A DNA stretch of 64,000 nt, from NCBI GenBank assembly GCA_963755715.1, contig CAVWLW010000021.1:1-64000 (forward strand). The letters run 5' to 3'. A program made the position numbers and the translations under genes. Source of the stretch: an uncultured delta proteobacterium (GTDB lineage Bacteria > Desulfobacterota > Binatia > UBA9968). Numbering within the stretch: the first letter of the stretch is position 1; each line of letters opens with the position of its first letter. Below the pieces are notes generated by a model. It saw nothing but the letters and a program-made list of their open reading frames with translations, had not been told where the DNA came from and searched no databases. Positions 20,265 to 29,391 of the stretch are shown here, piece by piece.

Positions 20265-21434
20265 TCAGCTTCCTGGCAAGGATATTTTTGTTATCTCGGT
20301 AGCCGGCGCGGGAAGCTGTTCTTTCTTGGAGAGGATTTCTAACCCGGCGGCACTGACGTCGCGGCGAACCAGGCGCCCGTTCTCATAGTAAGACCACAAA
20401 TCTGCGATACCATCACCGTTGAGGTCGCGCTCCTCTTTGAGCACGATCTCCCCGTCGGCGCTCGTGTCATAATAGATCCACAGATCGGCTCGGCCGCTTG
20501 CGCTTGTGTCCTTTTCGACCTTGGCGAGGCGTCCGTTTTGGTAGATCGCCCGATAGGTCATGCTTCCCTGTCCGGTTTCGTCGCGGTCCTCGCGAACGAG
20601 CTTATCGTTGTCATAAAAATAGATGGTGTCCGGCCGACCGATTTGCTTGGTATCGATTTCTCGCCGGACCATTTTGCCATCTTTGAAATAGCTCCAGGTG
20701 TCGACGCGGCCATCGCCCTTGGTCGACTCTTCTTGACGGATCACTTCACCTGGTTTTTGCGGATTGTAATAAATCCAAAGGTCCGGCACGCCGTCGCCGT
20801 TGATGTCCCTAATTTCGACGTTTTTGAATGGGCTTGGCGCGGTCTGGTTGTTGGGTGGTTTGCTCAAAGAAGCCAGATTTTCGCCGCTCTTGTTTTGAGA
20901 GCCGGTTGCTCTTGGCGGCGTTTCAGCTGGCGGCGGAGCTGATAAGGGCTTTTGCGTTTGACTCGGCGTCCCGGCAGCCGAGACGGGTTGGATTGCAGAT
21001 TCGCCGCCGGCCGGCGTTGTCGTTGCGCTCGCCACTTGATTTTCTAGGTCCCTCTGGTGCGCCAGCTCCTGCTCGATGGCGGCTTCAAGTTGTTGGTCTT
21101 TTTTTTGTTCGGTATAAATCTGGTTGTTGATTTGCCCATAATGTGAGTCGGCGGTGATCAAGCCGGTAATCAAACCAATAATCAATCCACCGCCTGCACC
21201 GTAGGGGCCGCCGATAGAGCCGCCCATGGCAATGCCTTCCATGGCTTTGCTCCAGGCGTGTTGCCAGCGTTGTGAGCTGCTGACCGCTGGTGGTGGTTGC
21301 GGCGCTGGGGAAGGAGTATTCGAATTGGGATAAGGGTATTGCGCGGAACTTGGTGGGTATTGCACCGCCACGGGATCGCAACCGCAAATTGCGCTCAAAA
21401 ACGCCAGCCCGAATAATCCCAATCGCTGTTTCAT
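20265..21434 (-). CDS. Lipoprotein with glycine-zipper-like segment and six DxxGDG..W.YY repeats
   Basis: Lipobox-like ICG-C; GIAMGGSIGGPYGAGGGLIIGLITG; coiled coil; six 24-28 aa repeats from DINGDGVPDLWIYY to DLNGDGIADLWSYY. Confidence 0.75.
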   Translation of the reverse strand: MKQRLGLFGLAFLSAICGCDPVAVQYPPSSAQYPYPNSNTPSPAPQPPPAVSSSQRWQHAWSKAMEGIAMGGSIGGPYGAGGGLIIGLITGLITADSHYGQINNQIYTEQKKDQQLEAAIEQELAHQRDLENQVASATTTPAGGESAIQPVSAAGTPSQTQKPLSAPPPAETPPRATGSQNKSGENLASLSKPPNNQTAPSPFKNVEIRDINGDGVPDLWIYYNPQKPGEVIRQEESTKGDGRVDTWSYFKDGKMVRREIDTKQIGRPDTIYFYDNDKLVREDRDETGQGSMTYRAIYQNGRLAKVEKDTSASGRADLWIYYDTSADGEIVLKEERDLNGDGIADLWSYYENGRLVRRDVSAAGLEILSKKEQLPAPATEITKISLPGS

Positions 21435-21466
21435 CCCTCATCCTATGCCAAGGGGCAAAGCTTACT

Positions 21467-22690
21467 TTATTCCGGGCCGGACTCCAACCCCAAAATGGCC
21501 GCCGTTGCCGGCTGCGCGCCGACCATCGCCGCGCCCTCCATAATATTGCGCCGTTCGTCTTCGACCCGCGCGAACGGCGCGGAAACGCGCGGTGGCTCGG
21601 CATTTTCCAATTGCTCCTGGCTGATGACTTGATCGCCCTTGAAGACGTAGCGCGCGGTGATTTTACCCTGATACTTCTGGTCTTCGAGTTGCTCCACCTT
21701 CTCACCGTTGCGGAAATTTACCCAGACATCGACCTTGTGATCGCCGTTCGTGTCGACTTCCTGGGCGATGATCTGGCCCTTTTCGTAGATCGTTCTGAAA
21801 TCAAACAGACCATCTCCCTTGGTGTCGCGTTCTTCGCGGACGAGTTGATTATCCTGAAAATAGGCAACGGTGTCCCACTTGCCGTTTCCCTTGGTGTCGC
21901 GCAGACGTTTTGTCAATCGACCTTGAGAGAAAATTTCAATCATGTCCAAGCGACCACGGTGCGCGGTATCTTCCTCCCGGCGCACGACTTCGTCACCACG
22001 GAAATAGACGCTTCGGCCGACTTTGCCGTCGCCATGCAAATCTTCGTCTTGTCTAACCAGGCGACCATCTTGATAGTGCCCCCAAAGATCGATCTTGCCG
22101 ATGTGTTTGCGGTCCAGCTCCTTGCGCACCAACTGGCCATTTTCGAAATAGGAAAAACTATCGGGCTTGCCATCGCCGTCGGTATCTTCTTCAATCCGGC
22201 TAATCTTGCCGTCTTTGTAGAAGACGCGTCGGTTTGCGGCGCCGCCCGCTTTGGCGGTCTCCTCGCTGCGCACCGGTTGGCCGTTTTCATAGTAGATCCA
22301 GAGAGTCGGTTTCCCCGAGCGCTCGGTGTCTTGGCCCTTGCGTTCGATTTCTCCCTTGGCGTTCAAGTAGAGCCACGTATCGAATTGGCCGTCATTCTTA
22401 CTGGCAATTTCCTGACGCGCCGGCTTGCCGGCCTCGTAATAAATCACGATGTCGGCTTTGCCGTCAAAATTGACGTCCTGCTCGATGCGCTCGGTTTTCC
22501 CCTGGGCATCGTAATAAATCCAGCGGTCCATCTTGCCGTCGCCATTGGTGTCTTGCGCCTGGCGAATCACATTGCCGCGATCGTCATAATAAAAGCTGGC
22601 GATGGGCTGTTGGGAATGTGTTTGTGACGGTAGAGCAAGGAGCCAGAGCGCCGCAAAAACCAGCCAGCCCGCTTTTACTCGGTCATTCAT
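21467..22690 (-). CDS. Exported protein of about 13 tandem 24-25 aa DxxGDG..W.YY..G..R.E repeats
   Basis: Signal peptide from ATG 22690; repeats such as DTNGDGKMDRWIYYDAQGKTERIEQ and DTDGDGKPDSFSYFENGQLVRKEL. Confidence 0.8.
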   Translation of the reverse strand: MNDRVKAGWLVFAALWLLALPSQTHSQQPIASFYYDDRGNVIRQAQDTNGDGKMDRWIYYDAQGKTERIEQDVNFDGKADIVIYYEAGKPARQEIASKNDGQFDTWLYLNAKGEIERKGQDTERSGKPTLWIYYENGQPVRSEETAKAGGAANRRVFYKDGKISRIEEDTDGDGKPDSFSYFENGQLVRKELDRKHIGKIDLWGHYQDGRLVRQDEDLHGDGKVGRSVYFRGDEVVRREEDTAHRGRLDMIEIFSQGRLTKRLRDTKGNGKWDTVAYFQDNQLVREERDTKGDGLFDFRTIYEKGQIIAQEVDTNGDHKVDVWVNFRNGEKVEQLEDQKYQGKITARYVFKGDQVISQEQLENAEPPRVSAPFARVEDERRNIMEGAAMVGAQPATAAILGLESGPE

Positions 22691-22727
22691 CGCTCGCCTA
22701 GAGTCGCGCAGCGCGAGACGAATCGAA

Positions 22728-22931
22728 TCAGGACTTGTTTGTATCGTGGGCGTCGTTTGATGACGGCGCACTATCGATGGGAGTCTTATCCGGCTCGTTG
22801 ACCGCTTTTTTGAAGCCACGGATAGCTTCGCCGAGCGATTTGCCGAATTCCGGGAGTTTGCTTGGACCGAATACGATCAGAGCGACGATAAATATGACGA
22901 TCAGCTCCGGAGCGCCGAGACTTCCTAACAT
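22728..22931 (-). CDS. tatA: Twin-arginine translocase TatA/TatE subunit
   Basis: MLGSLGAPELIVIFIVALIVFGPSKLPEFGKSLGEAIRGFKKA; RBS GGAGG upstream of ATG 22931. Confidence 0.93.
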   Translation of the reverse strand: MLGSLGAPELIVIFIVALIVFGPSKLPEFGKSLGEAIRGFKKAVNEPDKTPIDSAPSSNDAHDTNKS

Positions 22932-23166
22932 AAAGCACCTCCCGCAAGGCACTTTCACGCTACGCCACGAGATAAATGAAGTCAACGCGCCTGCGGTGAA
23001 GAATAATGCGTACGAGAGTCGAGCAAAATAGAGCGATTTTTCGAGGCAGCATGATCCATGGGCCATCATTGGGCCATTATCCAAGAGATTCTACCTTATG
23101 CACCTTGCAAATCGGCGGGTGTCAGGTAAATCTGCATACTTAAAATCCCTCCCGAACTATCCAGCG

Positions 23167-24913
23167 ATGAACACCGCCGAGAAAATCGAAGCTTCGTCCC
23201 TCGATCCACGTACTGCTGCAATCAGCAGAGCGTTGGCTAGCTTGGCTCTTGGCAGCGGCGGTCGTGTTCTTCTTGTTTTATCAGCTTGGTGGTGCGCCTC
23301 TCTATGAGCCGGATGAAGGGCGCAATGCAGAGAAAGCGCGTGAAATTCTCGTGCTCAACGATTGGATCACACCGCATGAGAACTTCCATACCGTGCTTGA
23401 CAAGCCGGTGTTTTACTATTGGCTGGTGGCGCTCTCTTACAAACTTTTTGGTGTGTCCGAATGGTCCGCGCGGCTGCCCTCCGCGCTGGCGGCCATGGCT
23501 TGCGCCTGGTTGGTTTTTTACTTCGCCCGCGCACGCTGGGGCCGCTGGGAGGCATTCTGGGCTGTGCTCATTTTGCTGACCAGCACTGAATTTTTCCTGC
23601 TTGGTCGAATCGTAATCTTCGATATGACGTTGACGTTTTGTCAGACCCTTGCTTTGGCGTCTTTCTATGAAGCGGCTCACACCGACGGCACGGTCCGGCG
23701 AAGAATTTTCTGTACAATGATGTATCTCGCCCTCGGAGCGGGGACGCTGATCAAAGGTCTTATCGGAGTGGTCATCCCGGGAATGGTGATCTTTTTTTAT
23801 ATGCTGCTAGGAAAGCGTTGGGAGATTTTACGGCGCATCTATTTTATTCCCGGCGTTTTGTTGTTTTTTGCGGTGGTTTTGCCGTGGTATCTCCAAGCTA
23901 ACGCGCGCAATCCCGGTTTTCTCAGTTATTACATTTGGCAAGAGCATTTCGGCCGCTATGCCACCGTCGACTTCGACCGTTCCGAGCCCTGGTATTATTT
24001 TATTGTCGTCGGTTTACTCGGATTTTTCCCCTGGACTTTCGTTTTGCCCATCGTGGCCAAAGATTATTGGAAAAAAACCTTGGATGACAAAACGCTTTTC
24101 CTCATCCTCTGGCTGGTTCTGCCGTTCTTGTTTTTCTCTGTTTCGAAATCCAAACTACCTCACTATATACTGCCGATATTTCCCGCCTTGGCAATCTTGA
24201 CCGCCGCCACCCTGGTTCGGCTGTACCGGCAATCCGAATCGAAGTTGCGTTTCGCCTTAGCACTCGGGTGGTTAATGCAAATCTTAAACACGGTCTATTT
24301 GGCCGCCGGAACGATTTTTCCCTCGATTCTCCCGAGCCACGTTCGCGAGAGCGTCAATGGCCTAGCCTCCTTTATTTGGTTTTATGTGCTTTTCTCGGTG
24401 CTAATGCTTGGCTACATGATCATTTCCAGGGCGGACGGGGCGGAACGACAGCGGACGCTTTTTCTGGTTCACGGTTTGAGTATGTGCGTCTTTTTGGTTT
24501 TTTTAACGCGCATGGTGATTGCGATTGCGCCGACCCGTTCCGCGCAGGCGCTTGCCGAGCAAGTGCGATCCCAACTCACCACCACGACTCAGGTCGTATT
24601 TTTCGATACCTATTTGGCGGGGATGCCGTTCTACTTACAGACCGAGCGGCCGATTTGGTTTGTTACCCATACCAACAAGAGACGCACTTTTCTGGGAAAT
24701 TATTTTGCGATGAACAAACGAGCTGAGCCGCGGATGCCGTGGGGAAAAGCCGTCCTGGATTTCGCCGAGTTCCGCGCGCGTTGGTACACTGCGACGCAAC
24801 CCCTGTTGGTCATTTTGAAAGAAAAAAACCTGCCGCGAATGGCACAGGAAGTGGGGCAAATGCCGAAGCGCGTCGCTGGCGTCGATGAATACGTCTTGGT
24901 TTTAAAACAGTGA
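23167..24913 (+). CDS. ArnT/PMT-family (GT-C) membrane glycosyltransferase (probable +1 frameshift near 23200)
   Basis: PDEGRNAE, DKPVFYYW, EWSARLPSA, IKG, PWY, SKSKLPHYILPIFP; the upstream ATG 23167 joins the main frame if one C is removed. Confidence 0.85.
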
Positions 24914-24983
24914 GAGAAAAAACGTTCACTCGGCGGATGAAACGCCGCCGTGATTGTGCCGAATCGGGTCGCAGAGCTTGACT

Positions 24984-25808
24984 ATGAATAGTTGGATTGT
25001 CGCGGTTATTCTGGGCATCGTCGAAGGTCTCACCGAGTTCCTGCCGGTTTCTTCCACGGGTCATTTGATCGTTGTTGGATCTCTGCTTGGGTTTGTCGGC
25101 GAGAGGGCGGCGAGTTTCGAGGTGGTCATTCAACTCGGCGCAATCCTTTCGGTCGTTCTGTTGTACTGGCGCCGGTTTGTTCGACTGATTCCGGCGCGCC
25201 GCCGATCCCTCCTCGGCGCTCGATCCACCCTGGACGGATGGGCCGGGCTTTGGCGCATCGGGTTCGCGACAGCGCCGGCGTTGCTGGTCGGTTATCTAGC
25301 ACGGCACGCGATAAAAGAGCGACTGTTTAATCCTGAGGCAGTGACATTGGCGCTGGCGGCCGGCGGTATAGCGATCCTGCTGGCGGAGCGCTATGGCTCT
25401 CGCCGCAGCACCAACACGCTCGATACGCTCACGCTCGGGCAAGCCGTCGGTGTCGGCTTCTTTCAAGTGCTATCGCTCTGGCCCGGCACGTCGCGGGCCG
25501 CCGCGACGATCGTCGGCGGCATGCTGCTTGGTTTGGAACGGAAAAGCGCGGCGGAATTCTCGTTTCTCATTGCCGTGCCGGTTATGTTTGCCGCGACCGG
25601 TTATGAGCTGATCAAGATGCGCGACCAAATGGCTTTTGCAGATTCTCTGCAGCTCGCTGTCGGATTTGTCATTTCATTTGTAGTGGCGTTGATTGCCGTG
25701 AAGGGGTTTATCAGCTTTCTTCAGCGCGGTAAGCTCACGCCGTTTGCCTGGTATCGAATCATCGCCGCGCTGGGTTTCTATTTTCTCACCCGCGGTTCGA
25801 GCTTCTAA
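24984..25808 (+). CDS. uppP: Undecaprenyl-diphosphate phosphatase BacA/UppP
   Basis: GIVEGLTEFLPVSSTGH, IQLGAIL, PGTSRA, AAEFSFL. Confidence 0.95.
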   Translation: MNSWIVAVILGIVEGLTEFLPVSSTGHLIVVGSLLGFVGERAASFEVVIQLGAILSVVLLYWRRFVRLIPARRRSLLGARSTLDGWAGLWRIGFATAPALLVGYLARHAIKERLFNPEAVTLALAAGGIAILLAERYGSRRSTNTLDTLTLGQAVGVGFFQVLSLWPGTSRAAATIVGGMLLGLERKSAAEFSFLIAVPVMFAATGYELIKMRDQMAFADSLQLAVGFVISFVVALIAVKGFISFLQRGKLTPFAWYRIIAALGFYFLTRGSSF

Positions 25809-25836
25809 TAAAATATTATCGTCAGGACGCGACGGA

Positions 25837-26568
25837 CTATTTATGTTCGTGGCGGTGCTTGATCCATGCAAAGAGCTGGTTTCGGTAGTAATACGCGGCC
25901 CCTAACGCGACGATTGAGCCAAGCGCGAGCAGGATAAACGTGTGGTACTCTTCGTTTCGAATCGTCGCGCCCTGCATGGTCAGAAGGTAGGTTCCCGGTA
26001 GCCGTCCGATGATTGACACAATCAGAAAGGTGCCGAGCTTCATTCGACTCAGCCCGAGAACATAACAGAGATAATCCTTGGGAAACCCGGGAAAAAGAAA
26101 CAGCACGAAGCAAATCAATGTGCCGGTCTTGGTCGTGAGAAAATTGAACTTCTCCAAAACTTCGCGCTTGACGAATCGCTCGACGAACGGCCGACCGAGA
26201 ATACTCGCTAGCTCAAAGGCGACCCAGGAACCTAAAGAAAGACCGATGGTCGAAAGCAAAAAGCCAAAAGTTTCGCCGTAGACATAGCCGCCCGCGACGC
26301 CTGTCAACTCGCCGGGAAAGGGCGCCGCGATCACCTGCAATACTTGCAAGAGCACGAAAACCGCGGGCGAGTAGGGCCCGAGATTTTGCAGAAATTTACT
26401 GAGTTTATCACTGCTCGAATATATTCCCTCGAAATCATCGAAGTCCTCGCCGGCCGGGGCAAAAGCACTGAAGGGCCGTGGAATATAACGGCTGAAAAAA
26501 AACAAGAGCACGATCAGGACAACAAAAATTAGACCCCGGATAGCCAGTTGACGACGCGGGTTGCTCAT
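25837..26568 (-). CDS. DedA/TVP38/TMEM64 family membrane protein
   Basis: LQVIAAPFPGE, GYVYG, LFPGFPKDYLCYVLGL, GRLPG. Confidence 0.88.
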   Translation of the reverse strand: MSNPRRQLAIRGLIFVVLIVLLFFFSRYIPRPFSAFAPAGEDFDDFEGIYSSSDKLSKFLQNLGPYSPAVFVLLQVLQVIAAPFPGELTGVAGGYVYGETFGFLLSTIGLSLGSWVAFELASILGRPFVERFVKREVLEKFNFLTTKTGTLICFVLFLFPGFPKDYLCYVLGLSRMKLGTFLIVSIIGRLPGTYLLTMQGATIRNEEYHTFILLALGSIVALGAAYYYRNQLFAWIKHRHEHK

Positions 26569-26774
26569 CGGATTGCTATAACAATAAAAAAATCAGAAGA
26601 CGAGCGGGGTTGACGAAAGGTCTAAAATTGTTATCCGGGTGCACGCCTATCACAGAGCTGCTTGCATGTTTTCGAGCAGCGCTTCGATTCTTGAGGTCTT
26701 CTCTGTAGCCCATCGACGACGTTATTGTTAAATGAGGACGAATTTCGAGAAGGTGTTAAGTCCGATAAATCAAT

Positions 26775-26810
26775 AAAAAAGGGGCGCTGGATTCAGCCAG
26801 CGCCCCTTTT
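26775..26810 (-). terminator. Intrinsic terminator downstream of ABC permease (potentially bidirectional)
   Basis: aaaaggggcgctgg-attcag-ccagcgcccctttt, perfect 14-bp stem with A6 on the left (U-tract on minus strand) and T4 on the right. Confidence 0.85.
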
Positions 26811-26838
26811 GCTAACTTGCGTCTGTTCAGAGCCGTAT

Positions 26839-27681
26839 TTATTCGGCGCCCACCTTGGGCCGCCACTTGTCGAAGCGCGTTTCGTACCGATCGATGACGT
26901 CGGTCATTATCATGCCGGTTATGGCAAAAATCAGCACGCCGACGAAGACCTTATCAGTCTGAAAGGTTGCGCCAGCGACCGTGATCATGAAACCGATGCC
27001 CGCCGTGGCGGCATAGAGCTCGCCGACCATGACGCCGATCAGGGCGCGACCGACCGCTAAACGGAGGCCGGTCAAGATGAACGGAACGGTCGACGGCAAC
27101 ACGACCGATTTGAAAATTTGCCATTCCGAGGCGCCAAAGCTCCGCGCTGCGGTGAGCAGATTGGCCGGCGTGGTTTTGACTCCATCCCGAGTATTGATCA
27201 AGAGTGGAAACACCGCGCCGAGGAAAATGATGCCGACCTTCGACAGGATGCCGATGCCGAGCCATATGATAACCAGAGGTAACAGGGCAACGCGCGGCGT
27301 AGCGTTCATGGCGTTAACAAAGGGGTCGCAAACGTAGGCGAACTTTTTATACCAGCCGATGGCTATGCCGAATGGAATCGCAAAGATGATGGATAGAAAA
27401 TACCCCCAGAAAAACTCAATGCCGCTAACATAAAGATCATTCCAGATTTCGCCCGACGCGAACATCTGCCAAGCCGCCTTCCCAATCATTGATGGCGCGC
27501 TCATAAACATGGGGTTAATGAGACCAGCCCAGTTGCCGATGGTTTCCCAGGTTAAGAGAAACCCAATCACCGAGATCGTGCCGAGGATTTTTCGTTCTTG
27601 ATTGAGGTAGAATTTATATGCGGCGGACGCTTCGGCGACCCGTACATCTAACAATTGTTCTTCTTGAGCGGCATGAGCCAT
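26839..27681 (-). CDS. NitT/TauT (SsuC-like) ABC transporter permease
   Basis: PRVALLPLVIIWLGIG, EAA-like loop AARSFGAS, TGLRLAVGRALIGVMVGE. Confidence 0.92.
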   Translation of the reverse strand: MAHAAQEEQLLDVRVAEASAAYKFYLNQERKILGTISVIGFLLTWETIGNWAGLINPMFMSAPSMIGKAAWQMFASGEIWNDLYVSGIEFFWGYFLSIIFAIPFGIAIGWYKKFAYVCDPFVNAMNATPRVALLPLVIIWLGIGILSKVGIIFLGAVFPLLINTRDGVKTTPANLLTAARSFGASEWQIFKSVVLPSTVPFILTGLRLAVGRALIGVMVGELYAATAGIGFMITVAGATFQTDKVFVGVLIFAITGMIMTDVIDRYETRFDKWRPKVGAE

Positions 27682-27824
27682 AAAGTGACCCCTCCTGTTA
27701 TCTGGTTAGGAAAACGATACCATTTGTTCAGCCTGCGCACCAGTACCAAAAGGGCTTGACCTTGTCAACAGATATCCGTCAGCATTTTGGAGCGAATGAT
27801 GACGGAGTATATTCGTCTGTTATC

Positions 27825-27853
27825 TTGACATTTGTTTAGGTATTAAATATTTT
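27825..27853 (+). promoter_or_regulatory. Putative sigma70 promoter of the radical SAM operon
   Basis: TTGACA (27825-30), 17 bp spacer, TATTTT (27848-53), about 40 bp upstream of ATG 27896. Confidence 0.55.
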
Positions 27854-27895
27854 CATCTTTAGTATTCCTGCCCGTTATTATTTTGGGAGAAGACT

Positions 27896-29377
27896 ATGAA
27901 ACTTCTTTTTGTCACACCGCCGATGGGAAATTGGGCGCCTTGGGGGGACCGACATCTAGCGGTCAACTCGCTGCATGCTCAGGTTGCTGCCTTTATTCGA
28001 GAGAAGAAGGTCGCGGACGTGTCGGTTCTCGATTGCCGTGCCCTTGGACTGGACGATGAGCAGATGCTCGATGAGGTCAAAAGGCGGCAGCCCGATGCGG
28101 TGTTTTTCGGGGCGATGATCGCCGCTGCCGGCGGGGCCGCGCAGCTCAACCGTTTTCATGCGGCGATGCAAGGGATCAAAGAAGTTTTACCGAAAACGAT
28201 CACGATCGGCGGCGGCTTGATGTATACGGCCGTGCCGCAGAAGGTCATGGCGGAGAATCCACAGTTGGATTTCGCCATCGTTGGCGTGTTCGGCGACAAC
28301 GAATATCCGCTCTGGGAATTGCTCGAGGAATTGAAAAAGACGGCGCCGAAGCTCGGCGCCATCCGCGGCTTGGCTTGGCGCGATGGCGATGAAATCGTTC
28401 TTAATGCGGCGCGCCCGGTGATTAGCAATCTCGACGAGCTGCCGATGCCCGCATACGACCTTTTCCCGATGGACAAGTACTACGGCTACTCTGTGATTCC
28501 CAACTACAATGAGGCTGTCACTTCCCGAGGCTGCGAAGGGGCATGTCACTTCTGCTATGAATGGTGGTTGGTCGACCCGCGCAATCCGCGTGATTTCAGC
28601 TCCCATCGCACGCGCGGCGGGCGGGCCGTGGCTGATGAAATGGAGCTGCTCAACAAGAAGTATGGCGTCAAAGCGCTGACCTTTATGGACGATGACTTCA
28701 ATTCGGATCGCCAGAAAATGGTCGATCTGGTCGAAGCGCTGGAAGAAAAGAAGCTCGATATGAGCTGGTTTTGTTTAAGCCGGGCGCAGAACTTCATCCG
28801 TGACGCCGATTTGGTGCCGCGCTTGCGAAAAGTCGGTCTTTATCAAGTTCTGATCGGCATCGACGGCGGCACCGACGAGGAAATCGCCGAAGCGCACAAA
28901 GGCCCGATGAAAGTCGGCGTTAAGGAATTGAAAGACCTGATTCAATTCCTGCGCAAGAACGACATCTCGACGATTTCCACCTATCTGAACGGCTTTTGGG
29001 AAGACGACGAAGCCAAAATTCGCCAGCGCGCCAAGGCGGTCGACGAAATCGACCCCGACATCGTCATGATTCAATTGCTCAACCCGATTCCCGGCTCGCC
29101 GATCTACAAGAAAGCCGTCAAGGAAAGCTTGATTGAAATTGACAATCTCAGCCTTTACGACCTCGAGCATTGTGTGATGCCGACCAAACATCTCTCCCGC
29201 CAGCAACTCGGCGAACTGACCGGTTGGGCATTCCAATCTTTCTATGGCAAGCCGGGCAGAGTCGATCGGATCTTGAACGGCTACAGCTCCCCCTATGTGA
29301 AAATGAAATTTCTGTCTTTTAAAGGGAACGCTGCCAAGTACGAAAAAGGCGCGGCGGAAGATGCCGTCGCGATCTAA
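27896..29377 (+). CDS. Cobalamin-binding radical SAM enzyme (class B / BchE-like architecture)
   Basis: N-terminal B12-binding Rossmann domain; TSRGCEGACHFC (CxxxCxxC); FMDDDF; IRDADLV; PIPGSPIY. Confidence 0.9.
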   Translation: MKLLFVTPPMGNWAPWGDRHLAVNSLHAQVAAFIREKKVADVSVLDCRALGLDDEQMLDEVKRRQPDAVFFGAMIAAAGGAAQLNRFHAAMQGIKEVLPKTITIGGGLMYTAVPQKVMAENPQLDFAIVGVFGDNEYPLWELLEELKKTAPKLGAIRGLAWRDGDEIVLNAARPVISNLDELPMPAYDLFPMDKYYGYSVIPNYNEAVTSRGCEGACHFCYEWWLVDPRNPRDFSSHRTRGGRAVADEMELLNKKYGVKALTFMDDDFNSDRQKMVDLVEALEEKKLDMSWFCLSRAQNFIRDADLVPRLRKVGLYQVLIGIDGGTDEEIAEAHKGPMKVGVKELKDLIQFLRKNDISTISTYLNGFWEDDEAKIRQRAKAVDEIDPDIVMIQLLNPIPGSPIYKKAVKESLIEIDNLSLYDLEHCVMPTKHLSRQQLGELTGWAFQSFYGKPGRVDRILNGYSSPYVKMKFLSFKGNAAKYEKGAAEDAVAI

Positions 29378-29391
29378 CGAATTCCCGCGCA

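Noticed and set aside
21290-22627. 445-aa plus-strand ORF with repetitive hydrophobic pattern
   Set aside because: Antisense of the repeat protein; its periodicity merely mirrors the real gene and it has no recognisable motifs
22728-22931. Repeat proteins as Tat substrates of the adjacent TatA
   Set aside because: Neither N-terminus, as assigned, has a twin-arginine motif; the link to tatA remains unexplained
27682-27895. Search for a RiPP precursor upstream of the radical SAM gene
   Set aside because: Only a 10-codon ORF (MMTEYIRLLS) overlapping the promoter, without RBS; the enzyme shows no evident RRE or SPASM domain
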